A DNA stretch of 64,000 bases from Octopus sinensis (lineage: Eukaryota), in NCBI RefSeq assembly GCF_006345805.1, contig NC_043008.1:44888001-44952000 (forward strand), given 5' to 3'. Below are positions 63,910 to 64,000 of the stretch, piece by piece. A program made the position numbers and the translations under genes. Position 1 is the first letter of the stretch, and each line of letters starts with the position of its first letter. Below the pieces are notes generated by a model. It saw nothing but the letters and a program-made list of their open reading frames with translations, ran no database searches and had not been told where the DNA came from.

Positions 63910-64000
63910 ATGAATATATTTCTTTAGTGCCCACAATGGGCTAAACATAGAGGGGACAAACAAAGGGATTAAGTCGATTACATCGACCCCAGTGCGTAAC
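63910..64000 (-). mobile_element. SINE family B 3' end, cut by the window edge
   Basis: GGGCTAAACATAGAGGGGACAAACAA..TTAAGTCGATTACATCGACCCCAGTGCGTAAC. Confidence 0.85.

Overview
AT-rich, microsatellite-saturated animal genomic DNA with one 100-N scaffold gap (10132-10231). The repeat repertoire (tRNA-derived SINEs with internal microsatellites, R4/Dong, HERO, RTE, CR1, mariner and Chapaev relics) suggests an Octopus genome; this is inference, not a database result. I cannot support any intact host gene. Almost every ORF in the track is a translated microsatellite, and the real coding signals are broken transposon fragments. The most notable signal is a set of Penelope-like element (PLE) remnants. 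About ten minimal type I hammerhead-ribozyme motifs from several families occur in the window, two of them with a perfect core. Four PLE insertions share one architecture: two arms pointing outward from a central junction, usually ending in (TA)n tracts. The largest is a ~1.17 kb palindrome carrying two intact hammerheads. Their breakpoints fit twin priming at recurrent internal AT-rich sites. Also notable are a 1.2 kb tandem duplication bounded by (GT)n whose unique parts appear to differ only by 1-bp indels, a 130-bp loopless palindrome, a SINE with a twin-priming inversion, and SINE bodies with swapped tails. SINE labels A-F are my own working names. All alignments, translations and counts were done by eye, so element boundaries are approximate unless a TSD or motif fixes them.
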